Positions 14,533 through 26,387 of a stretch of 32,000 bases of DNA are shown here, piece by piece. The notes under the pieces are model-generated. The model was not told where the DNA came from. It saw nothing but the letters and a program-made list of their open reading frames with translations, and made no database searches. Location of the stretch: NCBI RefSeq assembly GCF_000341895.1, contig NC_020409.1, positions 2,310,001-2,342,000 on the forward strand, written 5' to 3'. This DNA comes from Pseudodesulfovibrio piezophilus C1TLV30. GTDB lineage: Bacteria > Desulfobacterota > Desulfovibrionia > Desulfovibrionales > Desulfovibrionaceae. The translations under genes were made by a program, and so were the position numbers. The first letter of the stretch is position 1; each line of letters opens with the position of its first letter.

Positions 14533-15423
14533 TCACCCCTCTTCACCAGCCCAGACCGAGACAACGGATTCAGTCATGGCCCTGATAAGCGGATCTGTAG
14601 CGCGAGACTTCGGGGTAAGAAAGAAAAGGGTCAAGGAAAGCTCCGGCCCTGTCTCACAGATCACGGCCTGCCCGGAACGACACATTGCTTCAGCATCGCT
14701 CTCTTTGATAATGGAGAGGCCTTTCCCGGCCGCCACAAGTTCCCGGATGACACTTTCTGAATCCGCCTCAATGCTGTCGGAAAGAGATACCCCTGTGCCT
14801 GCAAACAGTTCATCGATGACCTTCATGAAAGGGCATTCGTCATTGGGCTTGACCCATGGCATGGCGGCAAGCTCCTCAATGGATTTCCCGTCAACCTGTT
14901 CAGCCCATGCGAGAGGGGCGATGATCCGGGCAGGAATTTTTTTCAAGGCAACGGCGACAACCTCCGGATAGGGGTTGTCGTAAAAGGAAAACCCCGCATC
15001 GATACGACGATCGCGAACATCCCTGAGAATATCGGCGGACATGCTCTGAAAGAGTTTGAGACGAAGTTTGGGATGAGCGACTGAAAGCGTTGTCACGAGT
15101 TGGGCTATGCGGAGAAAATCCGTATCCGTATTGAGCGCGATAACGAGATCGCCAGTCAACTCCTGACGATATATTTTGGCCTGGTTGAGCATGTCGTCGG
15201 CAGCTTGAAGAATCGAGTCTGCCTTGATCTTGAGACCCTGGCCCATTTCCGTCAGCTGCATACCATGTGGTGTACGGACAAAAAGAGGCAGACCAAGTTC
15301 TTCCTCCAGTGCCTTGATATGCGCTGAGACAGCCGGTTGGCTGGCGTGGATACGTGCCGAAGCCTTGGTCAGATTTCCAGCTTCGGCCACGGCTCTGAAT
15401 GACTTAAGTTGATACAGTTCCAT
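14533..15423 (-). CDS. LysR-family transcriptional regulator (downstream paralog)
   Basis: MELYQLKSFRAVAEAGNLTKASARIHASQPAVSAHIKALEEELGLPLFVRTPHGMQLTEMG is a LysR wHTH, followed by a substrate-binding domain. Starting at MELYQL (15423) gives a TGATG 1-nt overlap with the upstream LysR stop. The track start at 15435 (MESLMELYQL) is the alternative. Confidence 0.85.
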   Translation of the reverse strand: MELYQLKSFRAVAEAGNLTKASARIHASQPAVSAHIKALEEELGLPLFVRTPHGMQLTEMGQGLKIKADSILQAADDMLNQAKIYRQELTGDLVIALNTDTDFLRIAQLVTTLSVAHPKLRLKLFQSMSADILRDVRDRRIDAGFSFYDNPYPEVVAVALKKIPARIIAPLAWAEQVDGKSIEELAAMPWVKPNDECPFMKVIDELFAGTGVSLSDSIEADSESVIRELVAAGKGLSIIKESDAEAMCRSGQAVICETGPELSLTLFFLTPKSRATDPLIRAMTESVVSVWAGEEG

Positions 15424-16304
15424 CAAAGACTCCAAAGCTCACGCACCACATTGATCAGTGCTGCAATGGCCGGATCTTCCTCCTGAGCCTTGCGGTACAC
15501 GAAATTGAGTTCCACGGGATGGCGGCCCAGTGAGGTGCACACAGCACAGTGCCCGGACTCCAGAAGACTGGCCACCTCATCATCACGGACAAGAGCAAGG
15601 GCTTTCCCCTGAACCACCAGAGGCCGGATGACTTCTTCGGAATCCGCACCAATGGTCTGTGCAGGTGTGATGGCGTGATCCTTGAATATTTTCAGTTGCA
15701 ATTCCCGAAAAGGACAATGACTGGTGGGCATGACCCAGGTAAATTCCGACAGAGATGTTGCATTGGCCGAAGCAAGGCGATCCTGCCACTGTGCCGCACC
15801 CACAATGAAATATTCCGGTTCAGCCAGTTTTATAGCCTGGATATCCCCATAGGGATTGCCGGAGAAGACAAAAGCGGCATCAATATTCTTGGCCCGCAAC
15901 TCCGTCAGAATGACCCCGGAGGGTGACTGAACAAGCTTGAGATTGAGCTTGGGAAACCGCTCACTCATATACTCAAGCAGGGCGGTGACATTGAGATAAG
16001 TTGGGTCCGTACACAGACCTATACTTATTTTTCCGGCTATTTCACCGTGCAAAGTCACTGCTTTGGCCTGAAGTTTTTCCGCAGCAGCGAGAACTTCAAT
16101 AGCGTCCACTATAAGCTCACTTCCGGCTACCGTGAGTTCGACACCACGGGGAGTACGATCAAAAAGGCGTACACCGAGTTCTTCCTCCAATGCCTTGATA
16201 TGGGCTGAAATAGCGGGCTGAGTGGCATGAACACGTTTTCCGGCACGAGTGAAGTTTCCTTCCTCAGCCACGGCAACGAGTGTTCTCAATTGGTAGAGTT
16301 CCAT
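15423..16304 (-). CDS. LysR-family transcriptional regulator (upstream paralog)
   Basis: Track ORF 15423..16364. I prefer ATG 16304, MELYQLRTLVAVAEEGNFTRAGKRVHATQPAISAHIKALEEELGVRLFDRTPRGVELTVAG, because LysR proteins begin directly with the HTH. Confidence 0.85.
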   Translation of the reverse strand: MELYQLRTLVAVAEEGNFTRAGKRVHATQPAISAHIKALEEELGVRLFDRTPRGVELTVAGSELIVDAIEVLAAAEKLQAKAVTLHGEIAGKISIGLCTDPTYLNVTALLEYMSERFPKLNLKLVQSPSGVILTELRAKNIDAAFVFSGNPYGDIQAIKLAEPEYFIVGAAQWQDRLASANATSLSEFTWVMPTSHCPFRELQLKIFKDHAITPAQTIGADSEEVIRPLVVQGKALALVRDDEVASLLESGHCAVCTSLGRHPVELNFVYRKAQEEDPAIAALINVVRELWSL

Positions 16305-16448
16305 GGGAAAAACCTTTCCATTCAGGTTCGGGGAGCAATCGGAATTTCTTATGACAGCCCTCACGCATTGTTATTGGACCGTGACACCGCTGATATGTAT
16401 TAGACTGGTGATCTTGTCGACATAAGGGCAAACCAAAGGAGAATGACC

Positions 16449-16604
16449 ATGTACCGGGCCAAAACACCTTTCAGTTGGGTATATCTTGTTCAGCCTGAGG
16501 ACTCAACCACGGAAAGACGTGGCTGGTTCAACGAATTATGCAAGACCAGTCTCTGGATTGGCATGTCAGTGCTGGTCAGCATTGGTATGAGTCAACTGAC
16601 TTAG
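16449..16604 (+). CDS. Candidate small membrane protein (51 aa), not in the ORF track
   Basis: MYRAKTPFSWVYLVQPEDSTTERRGWFNELCKTSLWIGMSVLVSIGMSQLT*. AAGGAG (16436..16441) lies 7 nt upstream of the ATG. The C-terminal stretch is hydrophobic. A hairpin plus T-run follows at 16663..16705. The ORF is divergent from the LysR pair. Confidence 0.35.
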   Translation: MYRAKTPFSWVYLVQPEDSTTERRGWFNELCKTSLWIGMSVLVSIGMSQLT

Positions 16605-16662
16605 AATTTTCCAACAAAACGGGCCACAGGCATTCTCCCCAGTTTCGCCAGTGGTTCAGCGC

Positions 16663-16705
16663 AAAAAACGGCACCTCTCCTCTCCCTTTGAGCGTGCCGT
16701 TTTTT
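16663..16705. terminator. Bidirectional rho-independent terminator
   Basis: aaaaaacggcac (16663..16674) pairs with gtgccgtttttt (16694..16705). The stem can extend by 3 bp if C16693 bulges. The A-run/T-run flanks give a U-tract on both strands. It lies 53 nt downstream of the histidine-kinase stop. Confidence 0.6.
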
Positions 16706-16758
16706 GATGCCCTTTTTTCAAGCAGGACACTCAGAGCAACAAATCCATATATTGATGT

Positions 16759-18738
16759 TTATCTCCCTGGTGGAACTGTCAATATAAACGATGATCCTTT
16801 TCCCTTTTCACTAAAAACCTTCAGTGTGCCACCGTAGTGATTGACTATCTGTTTCGAGATGGCCAGTCCCATTCCACTGCCCCTATCAATGACCACTGCT
16901 TCGGAATCACGATTTACCTGATAAAATTTTTCAAAAACATTAGACAATTCTTCAAGCGGAATACCGATACCACTATCTTCCACTGTGATTCTCAACCACC
17001 TTCCTTCTGTCATATCCGCGATCACGGAAACAGTCCCTTCCTGAGTGAATTTGACGGCATTACCAACCAGATTCGTGAGGACTTGAAGAAGTCTATCCCG
17101 GTCTATGAATATCCTTGGAAGATTTGATTTGATTCGCAACACAAAAGAGACGTTCGAATCGACGAAATAGCCCTGAAGTATTGGACGAATCTGTTCCAGG
17201 AACAGTGCGGGAGACAAGGATATATCGTTCCAGACCATCTCTTCGGATTCAATCTTCGAGAGATCGAGGAAATCATTGATCAATCGAATGAGCCTGCCCC
17301 CTTCGTCTTCTATAATACCCAAGTTATCCCGTATCCGGTCACCCCGCTCGCCGAGTTTCTCGTTCATGGAGCAGACAGGTAAAAAGAATTTCTTGAAATC
17401 ACGGTCAATTATCTTGCAAAATCCGAGAACTGACGTCAGAGGTGTCCGCAGATCATGGGAAACCGTATTCAGAACACCTGTCTTGAGCGTATCCAGCTTT
17501 TTCAACTCGTAATTAGCCTTTTCCAGCTGACTGGAACGTGCGACCAATTCATGTGTACGTTCTTCGATGAGAGATTCCTGGTACCGGGTCAACTCTTCCA
17601 ATTCATGTTCCGCCTTCCTACGGGCGGCTTTATTAATCAGCAGGATGATGATGACACCGGTCAACAACGCGAAAACACAGAGAATCGTCCAGACTTCAAA
17701 TTTGTATTTGATGTAGATGGATTCCGGCATGTTGATGACGAGACTGTTGTCCGGTACCAGATCAGGATTAATATTGAATTGTTTCATGACTGCATAATCA
17801 AACATGTACTGGTTGGATCTTTGCAGTATGACCGGGATGTCATCCGCCTTTTTCCCGTTCAGAATCTCTGCCGCCAATTCCACTGCCATTTCCCCCTGAA
17901 CATGGCCGGAGGTGATCATGCCACCGACAATTCCATTGCCCAGATAAAAATCCCACATACCATAGATGGGGCTGTTGGCCACTGAGTATATCCTGACCAG
18001 AGACTCGGTAAACGTGAATGTATGGCCATGGCTGTCACTGGTGAACAACACCAGCAGGATTGCACTATTATTCGGAAGGTTGGAAACTGTCTTCCTGATT
18101 TCGTCCATGGACATGTCATCAAGCCATATGAAACCCAACCTGTCGCCATAATCCTTACTTATATGCTGTATTTCCTTCCGTTTTATCCTGCTTGTCGTAC
18201 TCTGATCCGTAATGATGTAAATATTTTTTAGATTCGGTTGCAAACGCAGTGCAGAGTCTAATGTTCCCGCAATATCAGTTAGTTCCAAAACACCGGTACT
18301 ATTTTTGAAATCATCACGTGCCGGGAACGCCATGTCGTTGACACCACAAAAAACGATCGGGGCACTGTTAAACAGCTCATCCCTGTATTTCAAGGCAAAA
18401 CGTGCTGCATCATCATCGGAAGTGATTATGGCATCAAAATGAACATCACCATATTTTAGCCGGTACTGTTGCTTGAGCAGGTCAAGGTAACGATCTTCAA
18501 GAAAATTCTTGGTGTCCATGAACTCCACATACAATCTGACAGACGGGCCAAGAGCCGAAAGTTCCGCCTTGACTCCATTCGTCACACTGGCTGTCCAGGA
18601 AAGATTCATATTGTAGGAATTAAGCAAAAGGATGCGTTTATCCTCTTGCGCATGACACGAAACAGCAAGGCAAAGTGCGCACAGGAAGGATGCAATAAAC
18701 AGAGGCACAAATGAAGCCGTGTGTTTCGATCCGTTCAT
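16759..18738 (-). CDS. Sensor histidine kinase with a periplasmic ABC-substrate-binding-like sensor domain
   Basis: Track ORF 16759..18834. The likely start is ATG 18738 (MNGSKHTASFVPLFIASFLCALCLAVSCHAQ, a signal/TM sequence, with GAGGAG upstream). A ~330-aa periplasmic domain is followed by a TM helix (VWTILCVFALLTGVIIILLI) and a coiled coil. The kinase core has an H-box (VSHDLRTPLTSVLGF) and an HATPase_c domain (N, G1, G2: GNAVKF, DSGIGI, GSGMGL). Confidence 0.85.
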   Translation of the reverse strand: MNGSKHTASFVPLFIASFLCALCLAVSCHAQEDKRILLLNSYNMNLSWTASVTNGVKAELSALGPSVRLYVEFMDTKNFLEDRYLDLLKQQYRLKYGDVHFDAIITSDDDAARFALKYRDELFNSAPIVFCGVNDMAFPARDDFKNSTGVLELTDIAGTLDSALRLQPNLKNIYIITDQSTTSRIKRKEIQHISKDYGDRLGFIWLDDMSMDEIRKTVSNLPNNSAILLVLFTSDSHGHTFTFTESLVRIYSVANSPIYGMWDFYLGNGIVGGMITSGHVQGEMAVELAAEILNGKKADDIPVILQRSNQYMFDYAVMKQFNINPDLVPDNSLVINMPESIYIKYKFEVWTILCVFALLTGVIIILLINKAARRKAEHELEELTRYQESLIEERTHELVARSSQLEKANYELKKLDTLKTGVLNTVSHDLRTPLTSVLGFCKIIDRDFKKFFLPVCSMNEKLGERGDRIRDNLGIIEDEGGRLIRLINDFLDLSKIESEEMVWNDISLSPALFLEQIRPILQGYFVDSNVSFVLRIKSNLPRIFIDRDRLLQVLTNLVGNAVKFTQEGTVSVIADMTEGRWLRITVEDSGIGIPLEELSNVFEKFYQVNRDSEAVVIDRGSGMGLAISKQIVNHYGGTLKVFSEKGKGSSFILTVPPGR

Positions 18739-18990
18739 GTCAACATACACTCCTCTCGTGAGATTCCGAAATTTCATGAACATGAAGAGGGCTGAGGATG
18801 ATAATACCATACCTATCGGTTCAACTATTGGCAATTCCCCCTTTCAATCGATTGACCATTCACTCCTGGAGGGGAATCATTTTTGAGAACTGACTGATGG
18901 TCTTGTTTCCCACTCTTATACTTATAACTGCCTTATTTTATATTATAGTTATATTCCAGATTTTCACCGGATGACAGCTTGACGGCAAAT

Positions 18991-19022
18991 GAAAAAGCCC
19001 TGAATATTCAAATATTCAGGGC
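18991..19022 (-). terminator. Rho-independent terminator after the gyrA-TPR transcription unit
   Basis: A perfect 12-bp inverted repeat, GCCCTGAATATT (18997..19008) and AATATTCAGGGC (19011..19022), is preceded on the plus strand by gaaaaa. That reads as TTTTTC after the hairpin on the minus strand. Confidence 0.6.
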
Positions 19023-19079
19023 TTTCCACAATTCATTTTGGTCATGCTCATGGAGTCAAAGCCATAGGACAGATTATCT

Positions 19080-19904
19080 CTAATTTTTGGGCGGATGAGG
19101 AGGGATTTCAGGTGGCGGAATATAGGGTAAATTCGCCAATCTCGACTCGATAACTTTCGGATTGGGATAACTGGTGGCAATGGACTCCAGCAGTTCCCTT
19201 GTCTTGACGAAATCCCGCTCATTTTCATAGATATCAGCTAAGAGAAAGACAGCCAAAGCACGAGTTTCTCCGTCTACATTCTGCATCCCCAGCAGTTTTT
19301 CCAAATATCGTCTGGATTGGTTCCAGTTGGAAATAAAGCTATAACTCTGTGCCAATTCATACAGGCAGTTCGCTTTTGAATTGTTGTCCACATCCGAATC
19401 CGCACAGCTTTCCAAGGTAGCGGCCACCATGTCATAATTTCCCATGGCACGATATATTTCGGCCATACGCATTTGAGTCTTGATGGCCTTCTCCGGCGAA
19501 TCATCAGTATGATTTAAGCACTTTTCAAAGGATTCTATTGCCTTGTCCGTATTTCCCAACAGGGCATAGACATCCCCCAATTGATACATGATGTGCCACG
19601 CCTCATCAGGATCTGTACCAAGCTCGAGATACATCGCTTCAAGAATGACGACTGCACGGTCATAGTCGCCTTTGATCGTGATGGCGATAGTGCTCAATCT
19701 TTCCCAGGCTTCGCGTCGGAATTTTCCCTGAGGCTCGACCTGAAGGTACCGTTCGTAATCCTTTTCCGCCTCCATATAAAATCCCTTGGAATAGGAATCC
19801 CTTGCCCTGTCTATATCCTGAAGCCCGGGAGAATCGTTACGTGAGCAGGCCACGACGAACAGCATCGTCGTGGCCAGCAATATGAGCATAAGTATGCGTT
19901 TCAT
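19080..19904 (-). CDS. TPR-repeat lipoprotein
   Basis: MKRILMLILLATTMLFVVACSRN has a signal peptide and a VVAC lipobox. Several TPR-like repeats follow (YYMEAEKDYERYL, LGDVYALLGNTDKAIESFEKCL, MAEIYRAMGNYD, LADIYENERDF). The gene starts 5 nt after the gyrA stop. Confidence 0.8.
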   Translation of the reverse strand: MKRILMLILLATTMLFVVACSRNDSPGLQDIDRARDSYSKGFYMEAEKDYERYLQVEPQGKFRREAWERLSTIAITIKGDYDRAVVILEAMYLELGTDPDEAWHIMYQLGDVYALLGNTDKAIESFEKCLNHTDDSPEKAIKTQMRMAEIYRAMGNYDMVAATLESCADSDVDNNSKANCLYELAQSYSFISNWNQSRRYLEKLLGMQNVDGETRALAVFLLADIYENERDFVKTRELLESIATSYPNPKVIESRLANLPYIPPPEIPPHPPKN

Positions 19905-19909
19905 CTGAA

Positions 19910-22357
19910 CTACGAGTTATCCTTGAGTTCGTCCTCGTCATCCATCACAAGGTCAAATCCGGCGACCTTATTCTTGCTGTCCATACGAACCAGACGGACT
20001 CCTTGAGTGGCCCGACCACGTGTCTGACTGATTTCACCCACAGACATGCGGATAATCTTGTTGGCAGTCGTCAGAAGAATAACATCGTCGGACTCATTCA
20101 CCATACGTGCCCCAATGACCTTGCCGGTCTTATTGGTCAGACGCATGTTCAGGATTCCCTTTCCGCCTCGTGACTGCTGCCGGTATTGATCAATACCGGT
20201 CCGTTTACCAAAACCACCTTCAGAGACAGTCAACAACTGATCACGCTCAGGGTCACCGGTCACAACGCAGGAAACGACTTCATCATCGCCGCGCAGGGCC
20301 ACGCCCTTGACTCCGGCAGTGGCCCGACCAAGTGGCCGCGCATCGTTGATATTGAATCGAATGGCTGACCCTTCACGAGTAGCGAGAATACAATCAACAT
20401 CCGGTTCGATCTCCCGAACCATCATCAACTCATCCCCCTCACGCAGATTCACGGCCTTGATCCCCGTAGCGCGGCAGTTGCCGTACAAGCCTATGGAGGA
20501 ACGCTTGATCATCCCCTTGCGCGTAACGAACAGGAAGAACCTGTCATCATCGAATTCGCGCAAAGAAAGGGCAGTGGCGATAAACTCGTCCTTATCAAGA
20601 GGGAGCAGGTTATTCACATGTCCACCTTTGGCGTAGCGGCTTCCTTCCGGAACCTGATGGACCTTGATTTTGAACATCTTACCCTGATTGGTAAAAAGCA
20701 CCAGATGCTGATGGTTTGTCGTCAGCATGAAGGTATGGATAAAGTCGCCGTCACCAGTCTGAACTCCAGAAATTCCCTTTCCACCCCGACGTTGCGCCGT
20801 GTAGTTGGAAAGCGGAGTCCGTTTGATATATCCACGATTGGACAAGGTGATGACAGTCTCTTCGTCAGGAATGAGGTCTTCTATATCAATGGTATCGGGA
20901 TTGGCCATCAACAGTTCGGATTTACGCGGTGTGGCATAGTTTTCCTTGATCTCGACCAACTCGTCCCGAATAACCCCCTTGAGGACATCTTCGTTTTCCA
21001 GAATAGACTTGAAGTATTCAATTTTCTTCATCAGTTCAGTCAATTCTTCCAGAAGTTTGTCTTGTTCCAGCCCAGTAAGCTTCTGCAAGCGCATATCCAG
21101 AATGGCCTTGGCCTGAATTTCTGACAATTCAAAGCGTTCCATAAGAGAAACACGAGCTTCGTCAGGAGACCCGGATGCCCGGATCAATTTGACCACTTCA
21201 TCAATATTATCCAGCGCGATACGAAGTCCCTCAAGGATGTGAACACGCTTCTCGCACTTGTCGAGATCAAACTTGGTACGGCGAATAATTACTTCACGCC
21301 GATGATCCAGGAAGTAACTTAAAACTTCTTTCAAATTCAACAACATCGGACGCTTACCAACAACGGCCATCATGTTGATGCCGAAGCTCGTTTCCAATGG
21401 GGTGAATTTGTAAAGCGAATTGATGATGATATCGGCAATAGCACCTCGTTTGAGATCCATGACGATGCGGATACCGTTTCGATCCGACTCATCTCGCAAA
21501 TCAGCTATTCCATCAATTTTCTTTTCATGAACAAGGGCGGCTATTTTTTCCACCAGGCTGGACTTATTCAGGGCAAAGGGAATCTCCTTGATGACAATCG
21601 ATTCCTTTCTGCCCTTTTTCGCTTCTTCAACTTCAACAACACCGCGAATCTTGATGGAGCCACGTCCGGTGGTGTAGGCATCATACAATCCCTGTCCGCC
21701 ATAGACCATTCCCCCGGTCGGAAAATCCGGTCCTTTGACATGTTCCATCATCGATTCAACAGTACAGCCCGGATTATCAAGCAAATGGACGGTTCCGTCG
21801 ATGAGTTCGCCAAGGTTATGCGGCGGAATATTGGTGGCCATACCAACCGCAATACCTGTTGTTCCATTGAGAAGCAGGTTGGGAACTTTGGTCGGCAGGA
21901 CAGATGGTTCCTGCATGGTGTTATCGTAGTTGGGCCTGAAATCAACGGTTTGTTTTTCGATATCGCCGAGAAATTCCGAGCACAACCGCGCCATGCGAAC
22001 TTCCGTATAACGCATGGCAGCTGCGGCATCTCCGTCAATCGAACCGAAGTTACCCTGTCCATCGACCAGCATGTCGCGCATGGAAAAATCCTGCGCCATA
22101 CGGACCAATGCATCATACACGGCCGAATCACCATGTGGATGGTACTTACCGATGACATCACCGACCACTCGCGCGGATTTCTTGTAAGCCCGGTTATGGT
22201 AATTTCCTAAATCGTGCATGGCGAAAAGAATACGCCTGTGGACCGGTTTCAGTCCGTCCCGTACATCGGGAATGGCACGACCAATAATGACCGAAAGAGA
22301 ATACTCAAGGTAACTTTTCTTGAGTTCACTTTCGATGGTAATCGTATCTTTAATCAT
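19910..22357 (-). CDS. gyrA: DNA gyrase subunit A
   Basis: 815 aa with [32 protein letters not shown], the [21 protein letters not shown], and the active-site AAAMRYTE. The C-terminus has a beta-pinwheel with the GyrA box QRRGGKG. GGAGG lies 7 nt upstream of the ATG. Confidence 0.98.
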   Translation of the reverse strand: MIKDTITIESELKKSYLEYSLSVIIGRAIPDVRDGLKPVHRRILFAMHDLGNYHNRAYKKSARVVGDVIGKYHPHGDSAVYDALVRMAQDFSMRDMLVDGQGNFGSIDGDAAAAMRYTEVRMARLCSEFLGDIEKQTVDFRPNYDNTMQEPSVLPTKVPNLLLNGTTGIAVGMATNIPPHNLGELIDGTVHLLDNPGCTVESMMEHVKGPDFPTGGMVYGGQGLYDAYTTGRGSIKIRGVVEVEEAKKGRKESIVIKEIPFALNKSSLVEKIAALVHEKKIDGIADLRDESDRNGIRIVMDLKRGAIADIIINSLYKFTPLETSFGINMMAVVGKRPMLLNLKEVLSYFLDHRREVIIRRTKFDLDKCEKRVHILEGLRIALDNIDEVVKLIRASGSPDEARVSLMERFELSEIQAKAILDMRLQKLTGLEQDKLLEELTELMKKIEYFKSILENEDVLKGVIRDELVEIKENYATPRKSELLMANPDTIDIEDLIPDEETVITLSNRGYIKRTPLSNYTAQRRGGKGISGVQTGDGDFIHTFMLTTNHQHLVLFTNQGKMFKIKVHQVPEGSRYAKGGHVNNLLPLDKDEFIATALSLREFDDDRFFLFVTRKGMIKRSSIGLYGNCRATGIKAVNLREGDELMMVREIEPDVDCILATREGSAIRFNINDARPLGRATAGVKGVALRGDDEVVSCVVTGDPERDQLLTVSEGGFGKRTGIDQYRQQSRGGKGILNMRLTNKTGKVIGARMVNESDDVILLTTANKIIRMSVGEISQTRGRATQGVRLVRMDSKNKVAGFDLVMDDEDELKDNS

Positions 22358-22625
22358 TCAAATGCCTCCGGCGGCTTAAGAACCCATTATGACGAATTCT
22401 TAAGAATCTCCTAAACGTTGTGTTTGCACACCGCCTGACAGAATATGTCAGATTGCCGATTCAACATGGCGGTATGATGGAGCTTCTCTAATTTATACAG
22501 ACACGAATTCCGTTTCCGGTTTCGTCTCGTGTTTCTCCTGGTGGTATCGGAGCAACCCGACCCTTTTTCAAAGATATCTTCTGTTCCCTGCCTTTTGACG
22601 CAATAAAGAACAGTTCAAATGACAA

Positions 22626-22658
22626 TCGAAAAAAATCGGCATGATCTTTTCCCGATTT
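22626..22658 (-). terminator. Weak candidate terminator or attenuator just after gyrB
   Basis: On the minus strand the sequence reads AAATCGG-GAAAAGATCATG-CCGATTT followed by TTTTCG. This is a 7-bp AT-rich stem with an 11-nt loop, so it is only marginal. Confidence 0.3.
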
Positions 22659-22670
22659 CTTTTTGTGAAA

Positions 22671-25070
<2,400 letters not shown>

Positions 25071-26240
25071 CTAAGCATTTTCCTCTGTGTAGTAAGTCTC
25101 TTCCTGAATCATCATTGGCATCACGATCACGTTATAGTCACGATCGTCAACACCGGAAACGCCGCAGGGAGCTTCGGTTCCGGTGAGGGTGAATTTCACC
25201 GTGTCGGAATTGAAGTGGTTGAGTATGTCTATGAGGTTCCGAGTAGGGAACGCAATACGCTTCATATCGCCGCTGAAGGTGGCGTCAATGGATTCCTGAG
25301 CCGTCCCCGTCTCTTGACCTTGGGCCGAGACTAAAACTTCGCTCCCGTCGAATTTAAAGTAGGCGCAGCGATTGGAATCAGTGTTGAACAGGGCGACACG
25401 CGAAAGGGCATCCACCATTTCATGACGGTTCACTTCCAGGGTGGAAACATCATCATCATTCAATTTTGCCAGAAAATTCTGGTAGTTGGGATATTGGTAA
25501 TAGGACAGGGGCAGAGTAAATGTTTCTCTCTGGTCGCCAGTGCGGAAGAAAAGGCGTTTGTCGCTGATTGCCAGCTCTATTTCATCGGCTGTCAGCCATT
25601 TTTTCAATTCAGACAGATATTTTTTCTGGATCAGAACGCCTTCTTCCGGGAGCATGGAATAGATATCGTCGTTGACAAAATTGAACATGGCGAACTGGTG
25701 ACCATTGAGCCCGCAGACTTCCACTTTTTTGACTCCCATGATCTCGCGAGGAACAAGATAGATGCAGGCAATGGCCTCCATGGAGTCTTCATCGGAAATG
25801 CAGAATGAGATTTTATCGATAATCTCATGCAAAAAATCACCTGACCAGAAGACGGTTCCCTTCTCGGGAAATGTGGAGAATTTCTGGAACCATTCCGGAT
25901 CATTTACTGGAAATTTGTATTTTCTTGCTTTTTGCTCCACCACCACATTGGTCGAACTTTCATCCGTACGGATCGTCAACTCTCCCTGGTCAGAACGCAA
26001 CTGCTTGACCAGATCATAGAAAGCGCGCCCTTGAACTCCGGCCAATCCTTCCCCATCGATACTGGCTGGGTATGATCCCATGAATTCGAGATTGGAATCC
26101 GTGGACATCACATTGATGCTTCCATTTTCGCATTGCAGCCAGATGGTACGCAGGAAAGCTGCTCCGGTTTTGGCCGGGATAATGTTGGCCGACTTCTGGA
26201 GGCCTTCGATAATTTCATCTCTGTTCACTTTCAAAAACAT
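25071..26240 (-). CDS. dnaN: DNA polymerase III beta sliding clamp
   Basis: 389 aa. MFLKVNRDEIIEGLQKSANIIPAKTGAAFLRTIWLQ is a typical DnaN N-terminus, and the length fits three domains. It sits between dnaA and gyrB. AAGGAG lies 9 nt upstream of the ATG. Confidence 0.93.
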   Translation of the reverse strand: MFLKVNRDEIIEGLQKSANIIPAKTGAAFLRTIWLQCENGSINVMSTDSNLEFMGSYPASIDGEGLAGVQGRAFYDLVKQLRSDQGELTIRTDESSTNVVVEQKARKYKFPVNDPEWFQKFSTFPEKGTVFWSGDFLHEIIDKISFCISDEDSMEAIACIYLVPREIMGVKKVEVCGLNGHQFAMFNFVNDDIYSMLPEEGVLIQKKYLSELKKWLTADEIELAISDKRLFFRTGDQRETFTLPLSYYQYPNYQNFLAKLNDDDVSTLEVNRHEMVDALSRVALFNTDSNRCAYFKFDGSEVLVSAQGQETGTAQESIDATFSGDMKRIAFPTRNLIDILNHFNSDTVKFTLTGTEAPCGVSGVDDRDYNVIVMPMMIQEETYYTEENA

Positions 26241-26387
26241 AAATAATATCTCCTTGATTGAGATTTATAGTCTCGGTTCCTTTGTTCCTTATTAACTTAA
26301 GTAGCTTGAATTACTTGTATTAATATGCACACTCAATGTTTGTGATACAGAACATTTGGAACCGTAAACTCCAGTTTTGCGTTATGA

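Noticed and set aside
16538-16837. 99-aa plus-strand ORF between the LysR genes and the histidine kinase
   Set aside because: It reads straight through the terminator hairpin (16663..16705) and into the 3' end of the kinase gene. The shorter 51-aa ORF in another frame fits the signals better.
26241-26387. DnaA-box cluster / oriC in the dnaA-dnaN gap
   Set aside because: By eye there is only one 7/9 match (ATATGCACA) and no repeated boxes. That is not enough to annotate an origin.
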